Below, piece after piece: positions 35,804-45,826 of a stretch of 64,000 nt of DNA. Below the pieces are notes generated by a model that was not told the DNA's origin, did not search any database, and saw only the letters and a list, made by a program, of their open reading frames with translations. Every line of letters begins with the position of its first letter. Position 1 is the stretch's first letter. The position numbers and the translations under genes were made by a program. Origin of the DNA: an uncultured virus (IMG/VR IMGVR_UViG_3300025853_000059). Taxonomy: Duplodnaviria; Heunggongvirae; Uroviricota; Caudoviricetes. The DNA lies in IMG/VR virus record IMGVR_UViG_3300025853_000059, one strand, 5' to 3'.

Positions 35804-37363
35804 TTATACAATTGATATTTGGTCTCCACCCGATGTTCTAAATCTATGAGAATATTTTTTAGTATCTGTGATTTCCCCTCCTTGAACTGTATTGATAACA
35901 GTTTTAAGTAAAAATCCTCCAGCTTTTGAACTGTTTATAATTTCAGGATCTTCATTAAGAGAAGTTGTAGAACCAGCTGGGAATTTAACTGGGTCGTTGG
36001 CTGCTGATCCATCATTGGTGCCTCTTAGTTTAAAGAAAGTAGGATTAACACCTGATAAGGATAAGCCATAGCTAACTAAATCTAATATAGCATCACGAGG
36101 ATTAGTTCTTTCACTATTATCTAATAAAAAGTTTATTAATTTAAAAGAACCATAAGTAGCTTTTAATTGCTTTTCATCATCCAATAATTTATCCCAACCA
36201 TCACCAGATAATTTAATGCCTTTTCCTTGAACTAATTTTACAAATTTATCTTGTTGGACCTTAACATTTTGTTGGAGAGTATCAAGATCCCATTCTAATT
36301 CATCTTTGGTTAGATTATACTCTTGGTCTCTTAAATTGCCATCTAAGGTTGTAAAGTTTTTAAAATAGGATTTTGCTCTACCGGGTTGGGATGAAGATTC
36401 TTTAAGTGAGATTGAAACTAAATCACTATCTTTACTACCCCAATCATTTACAAACAAACCATTTAAACTCTCTAAACTATTAGGCATTTCCCCTGGGGGG
36501 TTTATTTCAATATAAATGTCTCCAGGGTTCCATTTATCAGCCGGAATCTTACACAATTGTTGACCCATTGCTCTAGCTTCATTAAATGCTCCATCTCTAA
36601 TGATTTTTTCACCAGAATAATCTTGATTAATTTTGAGAGCAATAGAGTATGGGTTATTAAAGTTTTTAAATTTATTGACAGGGAACTTGTCTAGATCTGA
36701 GTTGTTAAGGGCTGTTAATAGGGATTTAATGGCCCCTAGTGCTTTATTATCAATACCTTCAGTTAAAGAAGAACTATCAATTGACTTATTTAGAATTTCA
36801 ACATTAGATTCTAAATTTTCTTTATTAAAAGGTTTTAAGTTTTCTCCAGCATTAAGGATATTATACATAAAAATTACTAATCCTTCTTTTTGATCAGTAT
36901 CTGTATCAAATGGACTTTTACCTAGACCTTTAACAAATATTCTATATTTTTTATCTCCTATAGTTACGTAAAAGTAAGGACCTTCATCAGTTTTAGTAAA
37001 ATTATTATCTCCTATAGTATACCCTTTAGGAAGATTTTGAGTAATTTTTTGAGCAATGCTACGTCTTTCTTCCCTATCCCTATCACCTATCCCTTTAACA
37101 TAAAAATTAAAAGAAGATTTTGTACCACCATCTCTAACATTACTTATACTATCTACAATAGATTTAATATCATCTTTTAATTGTAGAATATCATCTGGGA
37201 GGTTTGGTGAGTCTTCTTCTGAAACTTCATTTAAATCTACTGGGAATTCGATTTCACTTAGTAATGTCTCCAACAACAAAACATCCTGATCATTATTCAT
37301 GTCAGGATATCCTTTAGGAAACTTATATGCAATCCTATTTAAATATTTTGTAATTGGATCCAA
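35804..37363 (-). CDS. Putative PD-(D/E)xK nuclease-like protein with N-terminal leader (TTG start)
   Basis: DKWNPGDIY...VSISLKE motif; leader YKFPKGYPD...LSE..LNE. Confidence 0.5.
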   Translation of the reverse strand: MDPITKYLNRIAYKFPKGYPDMNNDQDVLLLETLLSEIEFPVDLNEVSEEDSPNLPDDILQLKDDIKSIVDSISNVRDGGTKSSFNFYVKGIGDRDREERRSIAQKITQNLPKGYTIGDNNFTKTDEGPYFYVTIGDKKYRIFVKGLGKSPFDTDTDQKEGLVIFMYNILNAGENLKPFNKENLESNVEILNKSIDSSSLTEGIDNKALGAIKSLLTALNNSDLDKFPVNKFKNFNNPYSIALKINQDYSGEKIIRDGAFNEARAMGQQLCKIPADKWNPGDIYIEINPPGEMPNSLESLNGLFVNDWGSKDSDLVSISLKESSSQPGRAKSYFKNFTTLDGNLRDQEYNLTKDELEWDLDTLQQNVKVQQDKFVKLVQGKGIKLSGDGWDKLLDDEKQLKATYGSFKLINFLLDNSERTNPRDAILDLVSYGLSLSGVNPTFFKLRGTNDGSAANDPVKFPAGSTTSLNEDPEIINSSKAGGFLLKTVINTVQGGEITDTKKYSHRFRTSGGDQISIV

Positions 37364-37382
37364 TTTATTTTATTTTATTATA

Positions 37383-37967
37383 TTATAAGTAGTCCATTTC
37401 AATCATTTCGGCCCAATCGTCCGAGTTGAACTTTTTACTACCTCTACCTGCCTCGTCAGCAAAAAAGTTTTTAATTCCGTCAAAAGCCTCTTCGAATTCT
37501 TCATCACTTAATTTACCTTCAAATTCTGATTTTACAGCTAATTTGAATTTAGGTGGAACTTGTTCTAAAGAGTTTCTATCTCCATCCCAATTCCAAATTA
37601 CACCACTTTTGCTTTTTTCATCTGGTATGGGATCTTTATTAACTACAAGTTTCGTGATTCCATCAAGTACTTCTTGATTGTATTTCATCCACCCAGCAAT
37701 AAAATTTTTAGTTTTTTCAGGATCTTTAACTCCCATTTCATACCTAATAGTATGGTAAGCTTGTTCTTCTGGTGTTTCACTGTATCCGGCTTTACCTGCT
37801 CTAGGAGTATACCAACCATCTTCTGCACGAAGTTTAGCAGCCATATATCCGTCATCAGGTAAGAAGTATTTTTCACCTGGGTTAAATCCTTTTGTTAATT
37901 GTTCATTTATGGATTCTTTAAATAGTCTACCTTCAGCTAAATATTTTTTTAAATCAAAGTTATCCAT
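37383..37967 (-). CDS. Putative internal head protein with MDNFDLKKYLAE leader
   Basis: Leader shared with 40368..41486; ESINE junction. Confidence 0.65.
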   Translation of the reverse strand: MDNFDLKKYLAEGRLFKESINEQLTKGFNPGEKYFLPDDGYMAAKLRAEDGWYTPRAGKAGYSETPEEQAYHTIRYEMGVKDPEKTKNFIAGWMKYNQEVLDGITKLVVNKDPIPDEKSKSGVIWNWDGDRNSLEQVPPKFKLAVKSEFEGKLSDEEFEEAFDGIKNFFADEAGRGSKKFNSDDWAEMIEMDYL

Positions 37968-37983
37968 TTTATTTTATTTTATT

Positions 37984-38454
37984 TTATACTTCTAAATCTG
38001 TTTCAGTTTCAGTTTCTGTTTCAGTTTCAGTGCCTGTATCAAGTGATAAATCTTCTGCTCCACTAGTATCAGCACCTTCACCTTCAGGTGTTTTAGCACC
38101 ATATCGTAATATACGAGCAATTGCTTCAGCAGCACGCTCTTCTTCAGGAAGATTTAAAAGATAATACTTTTTACCTTCAACTTGAGCAATCCAACTTCTG
38201 CTATTATAGATAAGATAAAATTCCTGTCCGTTTTTTAAGTTTATACGAAACGTGGTAGGACGAGGAGCAACCCAATCAATAGAAGCTAAGAATGAATCGA
38301 AATCCGACGTTAATAGATCGACTATAACCGCTTTGAGTTCGGGGAATTTAGTCAATTCATCGTACTCAACGGCTGCAGCGTCGGATTTCTGTTGAGCTTT
38401 ATATACTATGGGTATAATAGCCCTAATTTTTTCTCTTAACTCGCTTGCGGTCAT
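37984..38454 (-). CDS. Hypothetical protein with acidic (ET)n tail
   Basis: MTASELREKIR leader; PRPTTFRINLKNGQ core. Confidence 0.65.
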   Translation of the reverse strand: MTASELREKIRAIIPIVYKAQQKSDAAAVEYDELTKFPELKAVIVDLLTSDFDSFLASIDWVAPRPTTFRINLKNGQEFYLIYNSRSWIAQVEGKKYYLLNLPEEERAAEAIARILRYGAKTPEGEGADTSGAEDLSLDTGTETETETETETDLEV

Positions 38455-38457
38455 TTT

Positions 38458-40188
38458 TTATTTTTTTAACATTTTAGCAATTCGATCAGCGATTTTTTTA
38501 GCTTTATCTAAATCACCTTTGTTCATTGCTTTTCTAGCTTGTTGAAGTTGGTATGTTTTAGCGTCATCTCCTTTAACAGCATTCATTGCTTTTTGGATAT
38601 CTGAAGCTACCATATCTGCTTCGCCTGCTTCTTCTTCTTTTAATGAATTTTTTTCATCAGCGAATTTTTGAGCATCTTCTTTAGTTTTGAATCCTTCAAT
38701 ACGCTTGTCGTTTTCTCCATCTTTAGAAGTTTGCCATACAGCAAATGGTGTACCTGGATTAGAGCAAGGACGAACTACAAATTTACCTGCTGCTTCATCA
38801 ATTGCTTCAACATCTTGAGCAACATCTACCATAGCATCGATTTGAGGTTCTTTAATTTCAAAATCTAAGTAATGTTTAGCGCCTACTAAATAATCTTTAG
38901 CTTTGATTACTTTTGATTGCCACCAATGTGGGAAATCTACTTCACCTTGACCTTCGAAACCATCTACCATTTGGTATAATTCCATAGCGTATTTTCCAAT
39001 ACGGTATAGGTCACCTTTTAACATATGAGGTTCATTATCTTGATGACCAAGATCCATATCTTCTTGCATCATGTCCTCATCTTCATCTTCTTCCTCACCG
39101 TATTCTTCAATTTCGTCTACGATTGAAGCAATTGTAGTATCGTATCTGTTTGTGCTTGAACCTAAATCAAAAGCACCATATGCTTCTCCTTTACTAAGGT
39201 AAGATGGGAAGTTTTGTGCGATAATATCTCTGGCTTGATCTCCTAATACTTGAAGTTCATCTAAGATATTTCTTAGCTCCATTAGGGCTTCTACTTTATC
39301 TCCGCTTATTTCTCTTATTGGGCCATTGATGTCCATTTCATCAATTGGTTCCATCATTCTAGCAGCATTAGCCATAAATTCTGGGTGGTATTGTCTAGCG
39401 TATCTTTGAGCTGCAGACATGATCAAACCCTCTCTATCTGTTTGATATTCATCCCAATCGTCCCAATAAAAGTCAACTGCAGATTCAGCAGCATCCATAA
39501 TTTGAGATAGACCAGGGAATTCTGTTGGGTTACCTAAATCTCTATGAATGGATTGGTTCATGATTGATTGATCTGAACTGCCCCAATCTTCTTTGATTTC
39601 GCCTTTTGCTTTTTTAATTGCTTTATCGCGAGCAGCTAGGTAATCATCTGAATCGATGTCTCCATCTTTGTCCATATCTTTACCTTTAGCTTCTTTCATT
39701 CTAAAATCAGGACCTCCTTCAGAGAAAGGAGCATATTGATTGTATAATTCTTTAGCGTCTTTACCGTATCCAAGGCCTTCAAGATCATTCATAATGGATC
39801 TAATTTCACTTTGTTCGTGTCTTCCATTAGTGTATGCTCTATGGTCATCCGACATCATGTAAAACCAATCGTGAGCTTTTAATTTAGCTTCTAATTGGTC
39901 TAAAGCATGAGATACGGTAGCAAGGTCTTGCTCATCTTTATATTGGTCTTCACCTGCTTCAGGGTCAACCATAGGACCCATTAAAGCATCTTTGATTATT
40001 TCTCTAAGTTTGTCTTGATTCATACTTTCGGCTTGTTTTTTTGCTATATTCGTGGCGCGACCATACATTACTTGTTCAGCATCCTTACCGTACTTTTTAA
40101 CTAAAGCACGCTTGTTTTTTTTCATATCTTTTACGATATCTTCTCTTTTATTGAGTTCAGCTTTGGTAAGTTTGCGTTCGTTAAGCAT
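38458..40188 (-). CDS. Modular acidic putative head polyprotein (576 aa)
   Basis: Short modules separated by LNE, MKE, IKE, IDE, IRE, MQE, LKE; EF-hand-like DMDKDGDIDSDDY. Confidence 0.6.
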   Translation of the reverse strand: MLNERKLTKAELNKREDIVKDMKKNKRALVKKYGKDAEQVMYGRATNIAKKQAESMNQDKLREIIKDALMGPMVDPEAGEDQYKDEQDLATVSHALDQLEAKLKAHDWFYMMSDDHRAYTNGRHEQSEIRSIMNDLEGLGYGKDAKELYNQYAPFSEGGPDFRMKEAKGKDMDKDGDIDSDDYLAARDKAIKKAKGEIKEDWGSSDQSIMNQSIHRDLGNPTEFPGLSQIMDAAESAVDFYWDDWDEYQTDREGLIMSAAQRYARQYHPEFMANAARMMEPIDEMDINGPIREISGDKVEALMELRNILDELQVLGDQARDIIAQNFPSYLSKGEAYGAFDLGSSTNRYDTTIASIVDEIEEYGEEEDEDEDMMQEDMDLGHQDNEPHMLKGDLYRIGKYAMELYQMVDGFEGQGEVDFPHWWQSKVIKAKDYLVGAKHYLDFEIKEPQIDAMVDVAQDVEAIDEAAGKFVVRPCSNPGTPFAVWQTSKDGENDKRIEGFKTKEDAQKFADEKNSLKEEEAGEADMVASDIQKAMNAVKGDDAKTYQLQQARKAMNKGDLDKAKKIADRIAKMLKK

Positions 40189-40191
40189 ATT

Positions 40192-40362
40192 TTATTTTTT
40201 ATCTTCAGCAACTGATGCTTTACGATATTCGGTTACGAGTTTTTTCATTTCACCTAACGCTTTGCGAGCTCTACCATGAGCTGCTTTAGATTTACCTTCG
40301 TGTTCCATTGAGAATGTTTCGTACAATGCGTCTAATTTTTCTTTTAATTCTTGTGTGTTCAT
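40192..40362 (-). CDS. Histone H1-like (Hc1-family) small DNA-binding protein, 56 aa; absent from ORF track
   Basis: Manual translation MNTQELKEKLDALYETFSMEHEGKSKAAHGRARKALGEMKKLVTEYRKASVAEDKK. Confidence 0.75.
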   Translation of the reverse strand: MNTQELKEKLDALYETFSMEHEGKSKAAHGRARKALGEMKKLVTEYRKASVAEDKK

Positions 40363-40367
40363 AGTTT

Positions 40368-41486
40368 TTATTTAATTAAACCTGCAAGTTTTTTCATGCG
40401 GTTGATTGATTCATCTAATTTCATTCCTACTTCAGCATCTTCAACAGGTGAATCTACTTCAACATCTACATCAGCTTCAGCTACTTCAGATTTACCTACA
40501 ACGTGTGTACGAGTAAAGAATGTAATTGAGTTACCGATTTGGTCTACTAATTTTTGGTCACCTAATGCTTTAGCAGCTTCAAGAGCAGCTTGTAAGTTGT
40601 CTTGAACTTCTTTTTTATCGCCTGTCATTTCAACTTCAGCATCGGCTTCAACATCTACTTCACCTGCATCTGCAGTTTCAGCATCTGTATCAACATCGAT
40701 TTCTTCAGTGTCATCTACAGTTACTTCTTCTTCATCTTCTTCAGCTTCTTTAATTTCAGCTGTGTTCATTAATAATTCTTCAGCAGCGCTAATAGCAGCG
40801 TCTAAACCATCAAACACATCATCACTACCTACTACACCATGATATTCATCTTTAAGATCTTCTACAGCTTGAATAAATTCAGGAATACGAGCAGGCAATA
40901 CTGCCCAAGTGCCTTCTTCAACTTTTTCTTCTGTTTCGTTAAGGAATGCAGTGCGGATCATTTCCTTTAATTCGGATTTTTTCATTTTATTTGATTTTTT
41001 TTCTTCTTTAGATTCTTCCATTGCATCTCTTTGAGCTTGCACCCAAGCATCAGAGTTATACATTCTATCAATTGCTGGGATATCATCTTGTGAATCAATG
41101 GCAGCTCTTGATTCTTCAGCTGAAATCATTTCAACTTCACCTTCTGGTGATACATTAGCAACGGGAGCATTTCTGCTAGCAGCATTGTATACTACTCCGT
41201 CTTTGATGTAAAAAGAACCACCTGCAAATTCGCCAAGGTAGTTATCGATACTAAATCCATTTTTATCTTTCCAATCTTCACCTGGGGTGTTAGGACCAGC
41301 CTCAACATCAAGATCGAATGAACTTTCTTCTGTTCCTGGGTGGACTGTATATTTTAGGTCTAGTTCATCGTCAGCTGTAAACGCGTCTGCTACAGCTTGA
41401 GCAATTTTCTCTGTTGTAGCAACGTCAAACATGTTTTCATGTAATCTGTTTTCAGCTAAGTATTTTTTAAAATCGAAGTTGTCCAT
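40368..41486 (-). CDS. Modular acidic putative head polyprotein with three targeting-like motifs
   Basis: MDNFDFKKYLAE leader, internal MKKSELKEMIR, C-terminal RMKKLAGLIK; ATATTTATA at 41503-41511. Confidence 0.7.
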   Translation of the reverse strand: MDNFDFKKYLAENRLHENMFDVATTEKIAQAVADAFTADDELDLKYTVHPGTEESSFDLDVEAGPNTPGEDWKDKNGFSIDNYLGEFAGGSFYIKDGVVYNAASRNAPVANVSPEGEVEMISAEESRAAIDSQDDIPAIDRMYNSDAWVQAQRDAMEESKEEKKSNKMKKSELKEMIRTAFLNETEEKVEEGTWAVLPARIPEFIQAVEDLKDEYHGVVGSDDVFDGLDAAISAAEELLMNTAEIKEAEEDEEEVTVDDTEEIDVDTDAETADAGEVDVEADAEVEMTGDKKEVQDNLQAALEAAKALGDQKLVDQIGNSITFFTRTHVVGKSEVAEADVDVEVDSPVEDAEVGMKLDESINRMKKLAGLIK

Positions 41487-41526
41487 TATATAAGATTTTT
41501 ATTATAAATATATCAAAAATTTTACC

Positions 41527-42108
41527 TTATACCATAAGGGTTTTAATTGCTGGATAAGCGTTAACTAATGCTTCATCGCTCTTAGCAACAGCTTTTAATG
41601 AAGATAAAGTTCCTTTAAACCAATCGGCTTTAGATAAACCCTCTACTGCTTCTGCTCCGTAACCAGCTGCCATTAAACCAACCACAATGGCATAGGATGC
41701 TTTAGTAACCATATCTAATTTTTTTTCATCTTTAATAAAGAAAGCTAAAACACGTTTGATTGGAGCTTGGAAGGCGGTTTCGTTATCGTGAGCCCAATGA
41801 TGAATTTTTTCAGCGATATCTTCACCTTTTTTAAAGTTTAATTTTTTAAATAGTTTAGCAGCCATTTTAGAGATAAAATTGACTAATGTATTAGCTGTTA
41901 AAATACCGGCAATAACTGAACCAAGAACTTCGTCTAATTGGTCTTTATCTCCTTTTTTAGCTTTAAGTTCTTTACCTAAAGTAGCAGCAATACCATTAGC
42001 GGTAGCCATTAATTCAGCATCAAATGCTTTTTCTTCAGCTCCATTGTCCTCAAATTCTTTTAAAAGAGGATTATTAGCAATATATGATTTATAATCAAAT
42101 GTACCCAT
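41527..42108 (-). CDS. Putative head/ejection protein with hydrophobic helices
   Basis: Start reassigned to MGTFDYKSYIANNPLLKE (ATG 42108), matching the leader family; two hydrophobic segments. Confidence 0.6.
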   Translation of the reverse strand: MGTFDYKSYIANNPLLKEFEDNGAEEKAFDAELMATANGIAATLGKELKAKKGDKDQLDEVLGSVIAGILTANTLVNFISKMAAKLFKKLNFKKGEDIAEKIHHWAHDNETAFQAPIKRVLAFFIKDEKKLDMVTKASYAIVVGLMAAGYGAEAVEGLSKADWFKGTLSSLKAVAKSDEALVNAYPAIKTLMV

Positions 42109-42109
42109 T

Positions 42110-42403
42110 TTATTTCTTGTTATGGTATGTTCCTTTTTTATACTTTGCTTTATCTGTATTGGAAACAAATTGTTTACCTTTACGAGATGCTGCTGCTTTT
42201 TTACGAGATGTTTTAGCTCTTTCCGCTTTAGTTAGTGATTGAGCTTTCTTTTTTGGTAGACAACGAGTAGTTGCATCACCTTTTTTCATAGTACCACAAG
42301 GGCCAGTAATATTACCTTGAGTATCAATGCGCACCCAGTCCTCTTTTTTGAACCAGTCGCGCAATGACTCTTGAATAATTTCTTGCAGGCGCTCGTTTGT
42401 CAT
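42110..42403 (-). CDS. Small basic phage protein with leader
   Basis: MTNERLQEIIQE-SLRDWFKKEDWV...CG...RCLP; Lys-rich. Confidence 0.65.
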   Translation of the reverse strand: MTNERLQEIIQESLRDWFKKEDWVRIDTQGNITGPCGTMKKGDATTRCLPKKKAQSLTKAERAKTSRKKAAASRKGKQFVSNTDKAKYKKGTYHNKK

Positions 42404-44568
42404 TATTTTTTTCCTTTTTTAGGCCATTCGATTTGACCTTTACATACTCTAACAGCACGACCTGAGAGGTAAGCAGATGATTTTTCACCAGCAGCTTGTC
42501 TTGCTTTAATGTAGCGTTTGCCTTTTTCACAAAGTTCTTCGTAGATAACGCCTTCACCTAATTTAATTGTTTCGGCTAATTCTTTAGCTGCTCTAATTAA
42601 ATCATTTTTGGCTTCATCTTTACCTACGCCTCTGTATTTGGCAATTCTATTAACTGCTTGTTGAGCAATTTTTTTCTCTTCAGTTGAAGCACCTTCTTCT
42701 AAACCTTGTTCACGACGTAAAGTTTCTTCATCGTGTTCAGCTTGTTTACGGCTTTCTTCTTCCATAAACACGTTTTTAAATTCAGCAAAGCTGTTTACTG
42801 GTTCGTAATATAATTCAACTGTTTCTTCATCACAATCGATACGAATGTCACCGGTTTGATAACCTAAATCTAAAATAAGAGTATTATAGTATTTACCAAT
42901 AGCAGTTCCACCAGTAATACGAGCGCCTACTTTTTCAGCCCAACCTGCTACAGTGTTTACTAAACGTGAAACACCTTTTCTTTTAGCAAATTCTTTGATG
43001 TTTTGAGGAACGTAAGCTTCGGTTAATTGATCATTTTCTTCTAAACCAACAGCTCTAACTTTATCGTCAATTTGTAAGTTAGAAAAGAAATCTTTAGCTA
43101 ATTGTTTATATTCTTCTCTTTCTTTAACATCTAGATATCTAAATGCTTTTTGATAATAATATTTTAAATCGTTAAAATAATTTAAAGCACCTTTAGAATC
43201 TTCGTTTATAATATTCTTTTCAAACCATGCTCTTAATTTTAAACCTAAAGCATATGAATCGTCATCATTTAAAGCACGAGATTCTTTTTTAAGTAAATCT
43301 AAAATACGATTATAAGCATCCATTATTTCAACAGCGCCTTCTTCTAGTTCGTCTTTTCTTTTACCGAAAGTGCTATGAACTAATTTATCTAATTTTTTAT
43401 GAAATTCAGTTTCTTCTTCTTTAGAAGCTTCACTCATTGATGTTTTTACAACACCTTTAAGATTGTATCTGAATACAATATCATCAAATTTATCATAAAA
43501 GTCATCATCTTTATTTACTGGTTTGTAAATTACTTTGAATGGTTGGACTTTATTTTTAGGATCCATTTCATATTTAATACCTAATTGATCTAATTGAATT
43601 TGGATTCCTTTAATGTGTTTGTTGGGGTTTGCTACCGGTTTGTTTTCTTCTAAACCAAACATAGCATTTACTTGTGATATATAATTAGCGTAAGGATCTT
43701 GAATCATTGCTGCTCGTCTTTCAATTTCATCCTTAGACATATATTCATCCCCTTTTTTCTGGGGTGAAAGTAGATCAATTGCTTTATCAATTTTGTTAAG
43801 CATATCACCATACTTGTCTGCGATTGGGCCACCTTCGGGTTCAGCTTCTTGTTCCATATCGCGCATAATTTGAGCGCGTTTTTTCTTTAAAGCATCTAAC
43901 TTTTTTAGTCTATCCATATTCTTCTTAAAGAAACGGTCGTTAGGATCACCACTAGTATTATCTGTTCCTTTTTTAGCTAATTTATCTTTAGCAGCTCTCA
44001 TTTTCATTAAGACTGGGTCATTGATATCCATTTCGTTTACCGATTCTTCCCAGCGTTGGTAATCTTTATGACCACCATTTATTCTACGAATTTGGGAATA
44101 TTCTCTTCTTGATAAACTAGATGTATCACCTACTATACTATACTCCCCACGTTTGTATCCTAAGTCAGCTATTATATTAAACATATCATCAACAATAGGA
44201 TCGGGTGCATCATTACCTACAATGATTTCGATTTCATTTTTTCCAAAAATTGGAGTTAACAATACAGTTACGGGGTGGTTTGTTTGGCTGATTGCTTGAA
44301 CTACTTTAGCAAAGTCTTCAACATCTATATTTTCGCTTCCCTCGTTTAAAGGTTTAATTTCACCACCTTTGTTATAAAGGTTTGATGCTTTAGTTTTACC
44401 ATTACCTTTATCGTAGGATACACTATAATATGTTCTATCCATTTGGTCTTTGCCTACGAAAGTGATTTCGGCTGGGTTTCCCAAATAGGTTACTTTATCA
44501 CCTTTTTTAAAGGAATTTTCTTCTAAAGGTTTAGAGAAGAATTCTTGTATTTTTTTAATATCTTCCAT
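42403..44568 (-). CDS. Modular putative head polyprotein (721 aa)
   Basis: About ten modules separated by LEE/LNE/VNE/INE/LTE; first module SH3/KOW-like (FKKGDKVTY). Confidence 0.65.
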   Translation of the reverse strand: MEDIKKIQEFFSKPLEENSFKKGDKVTYLGNPAEITFVGKDQMDRTYYSVSYDKGNGKTKASNLYNKGGEIKPLNEGSENIDVEDFAKVVQAISQTNHPVTVLLTPIFGKNEIEIIVGNDAPDPIVDDMFNIIADLGYKRGEYSIVGDTSSLSRREYSQIRRINGGHKDYQRWEESVNEMDINDPVLMKMRAAKDKLAKKGTDNTSGDPNDRFFKKNMDRLKKLDALKKKRAQIMRDMEQEAEPEGGPIADKYGDMLNKIDKAIDLLSPQKKGDEYMSKDEIERRAAMIQDPYANYISQVNAMFGLEENKPVANPNKHIKGIQIQLDQLGIKYEMDPKNKVQPFKVIYKPVNKDDDFYDKFDDIVFRYNLKGVVKTSMSEASKEEETEFHKKLDKLVHSTFGKRKDELEEGAVEIMDAYNRILDLLKKESRALNDDDSYALGLKLRAWFEKNIINEDSKGALNYFNDLKYYYQKAFRYLDVKEREEYKQLAKDFFSNLQIDDKVRAVGLEENDQLTEAYVPQNIKEFAKRKGVSRLVNTVAGWAEKVGARITGGTAIGKYYNTLILDLGYQTGDIRIDCDEETVELYYEPVNSFAEFKNVFMEEESRKQAEHDEETLRREQGLEEGASTEEKKIAQQAVNRIAKYRGVGKDEAKNDLIRAAKELAETIKLGEGVIYEELCEKGKRYIKARQAAGEKSSAYLSGRAVRVCKGQIEWPKKGKK

Positions 44569-45014
44569 TATGCTTTCTCGTAATTGAGTTTGTACAAATG
44601 TCTATAACCCATATCATAGATAGTATCTTTGATACTTGCTTTAATATCGTCACCAGTTAAAGAAGAATCTACCTTTACTTCATGATCAAACCACTCATCA
44701 GGACCACCTTCGTAAGGATCAGAAGTAACAACGTGTACTTTGTATGTATCGTAAGCTTGTTCTTCGTTTATAGATTCTTCTATACCTAATTCAGCATGTA
44801 ATACTTCCATAAACTTTCCAAAGTTATGAGAGCCATACTCTTCTTTAAGTACGATACCAACAGCAATAGCAAAGTCTCTATAAGATAGAGACTCATCTAC
44901 TTGCATAATAGCATCATTAATAAGATTAGCTAAGGATTGTGCCTGAGAGCTACCAAGTCCTGCTTCAGCAAGATATTGATTTTTTTTCCAAGCATGAATA
45001 TTAAAGTCAGACAT
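44568..45014 (-). CDS. Putative internal head protein
   Basis: MSDFNIHAW...YLAE leader, ESINE junction; ATATTTATA at 45028-45036. Confidence 0.6.
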   Translation of the reverse strand: MSDFNIHAWKKNQYLAEAGLGSSQAQSLANLINDAIMQVDESLSYRDFAIAVGIVLKEEYGSHNFGKFMEVLHAELGIEESINEEQAYDTYKVHVVTSDPYEGGPDEWFDHEVKVDSSLTGDDIKASIKDTIYDMGYRHLYKLNYEKA

Positions 45015-45047
45015 TGTAGATTTTATTTATAAATATACGAAAATCTG

Positions 45048-45620
45048 TTACTTTTTCATTTTCTCGAGATGTTCTATAGTTTTGTCTAATGCCTCTAATA
45101 CACGTTTTTCATTCAGACCACCAACCCACTTTTCAACATCTCCAGCTTCAGTAACAAATGATGAGTTATTTTGGGTTAATTCATCTTCAACGTATGCTTT
45201 AAAATCTTTGATAAACCCATCAATATCAGCATTGCGGATATTTTTTTCGTATTCTTCGTATAAACCTGCTTTGCGTAAATCGTGTTCAAACTCGATTACA
45301 CAATCAAAACATTTTTTATGGATATTATAATAATCCTTATCAAAACGTTTTTTCATTACATTTTTACAATTAGGACAAAAAATAGGCATTACGTGTGCCT
45401 TTTTTGCTTTATCTAACTTTGTAATGTTTTGTTTGATACCATTTTTAATAGTCCATTTACGACCATCTTCTTCCCAAACATCTCCTTCAGAATGAAATTC
45501 TTGAGATTTAGTATAACCTACACTTTGTTGAGTTTTATCTCCATATTTACCTTGTACTAGATTTCGTAAACGGGTAACATCTTGTTTAGAAAACTCTTTT
45601 TTTAAAACATTATCACTCAT
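45048..45620 (-). CDS. Zinc-finger hypothetical protein
   Basis: CPNC...CFDC; GDVWEEDGRKWTIKNG. Confidence 0.7.
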   Translation of the reverse strand: MSDNVLKKEFSKQDVTRLRNLVQGKYGDKTQQSVGYTKSQEFHSEGDVWEEDGRKWTIKNGIKQNITKLDKAKKAHVMPIFCPNCKNVMKKRFDKDYYNIHKKCFDCVIEFEHDLRKAGLYEEYEKNIRNADIDGFIKDFKAYVEDELTQNNSSFVTEAGDVEKWVGGLNEKRVLEALDKTIEHLEKMKK

Positions 45621-45826
45621 TATAATTTTTGTAATTCAGATATAATTAATTGGATGTCTTCAGAAGATAACCTACCCTCACTAGCCCATAATTTAATATT
45701 GTTAGCTAGCTCTTGAGCATTAATCATTTTAATACTAGTATCTACAAAAGGTTTTTTTGAATGTTCACTACGAACTCTAGGAGAATTTTCTTTGTATCCT
45801 CCTGCTAATGTTTTTAAATGGCTCAT
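45620..45826 (-). CDS. Small hypothetical protein
   Basis: Coupled to both neighbours (ATGA and TAATG overlaps). Confidence 0.55.
   Translation of the reverse strand: MSHLKTLAGGYKENSPRVRSEHSKKPFVDTSIKMINAQELANNIKLWASEGRLSSEDIQLIISELQKL

Noticed and set aside
37995..38035. GTTTCA microsatellite
   Set aside because: Encodes an acidic (ET)n tail; no sign of phase variation
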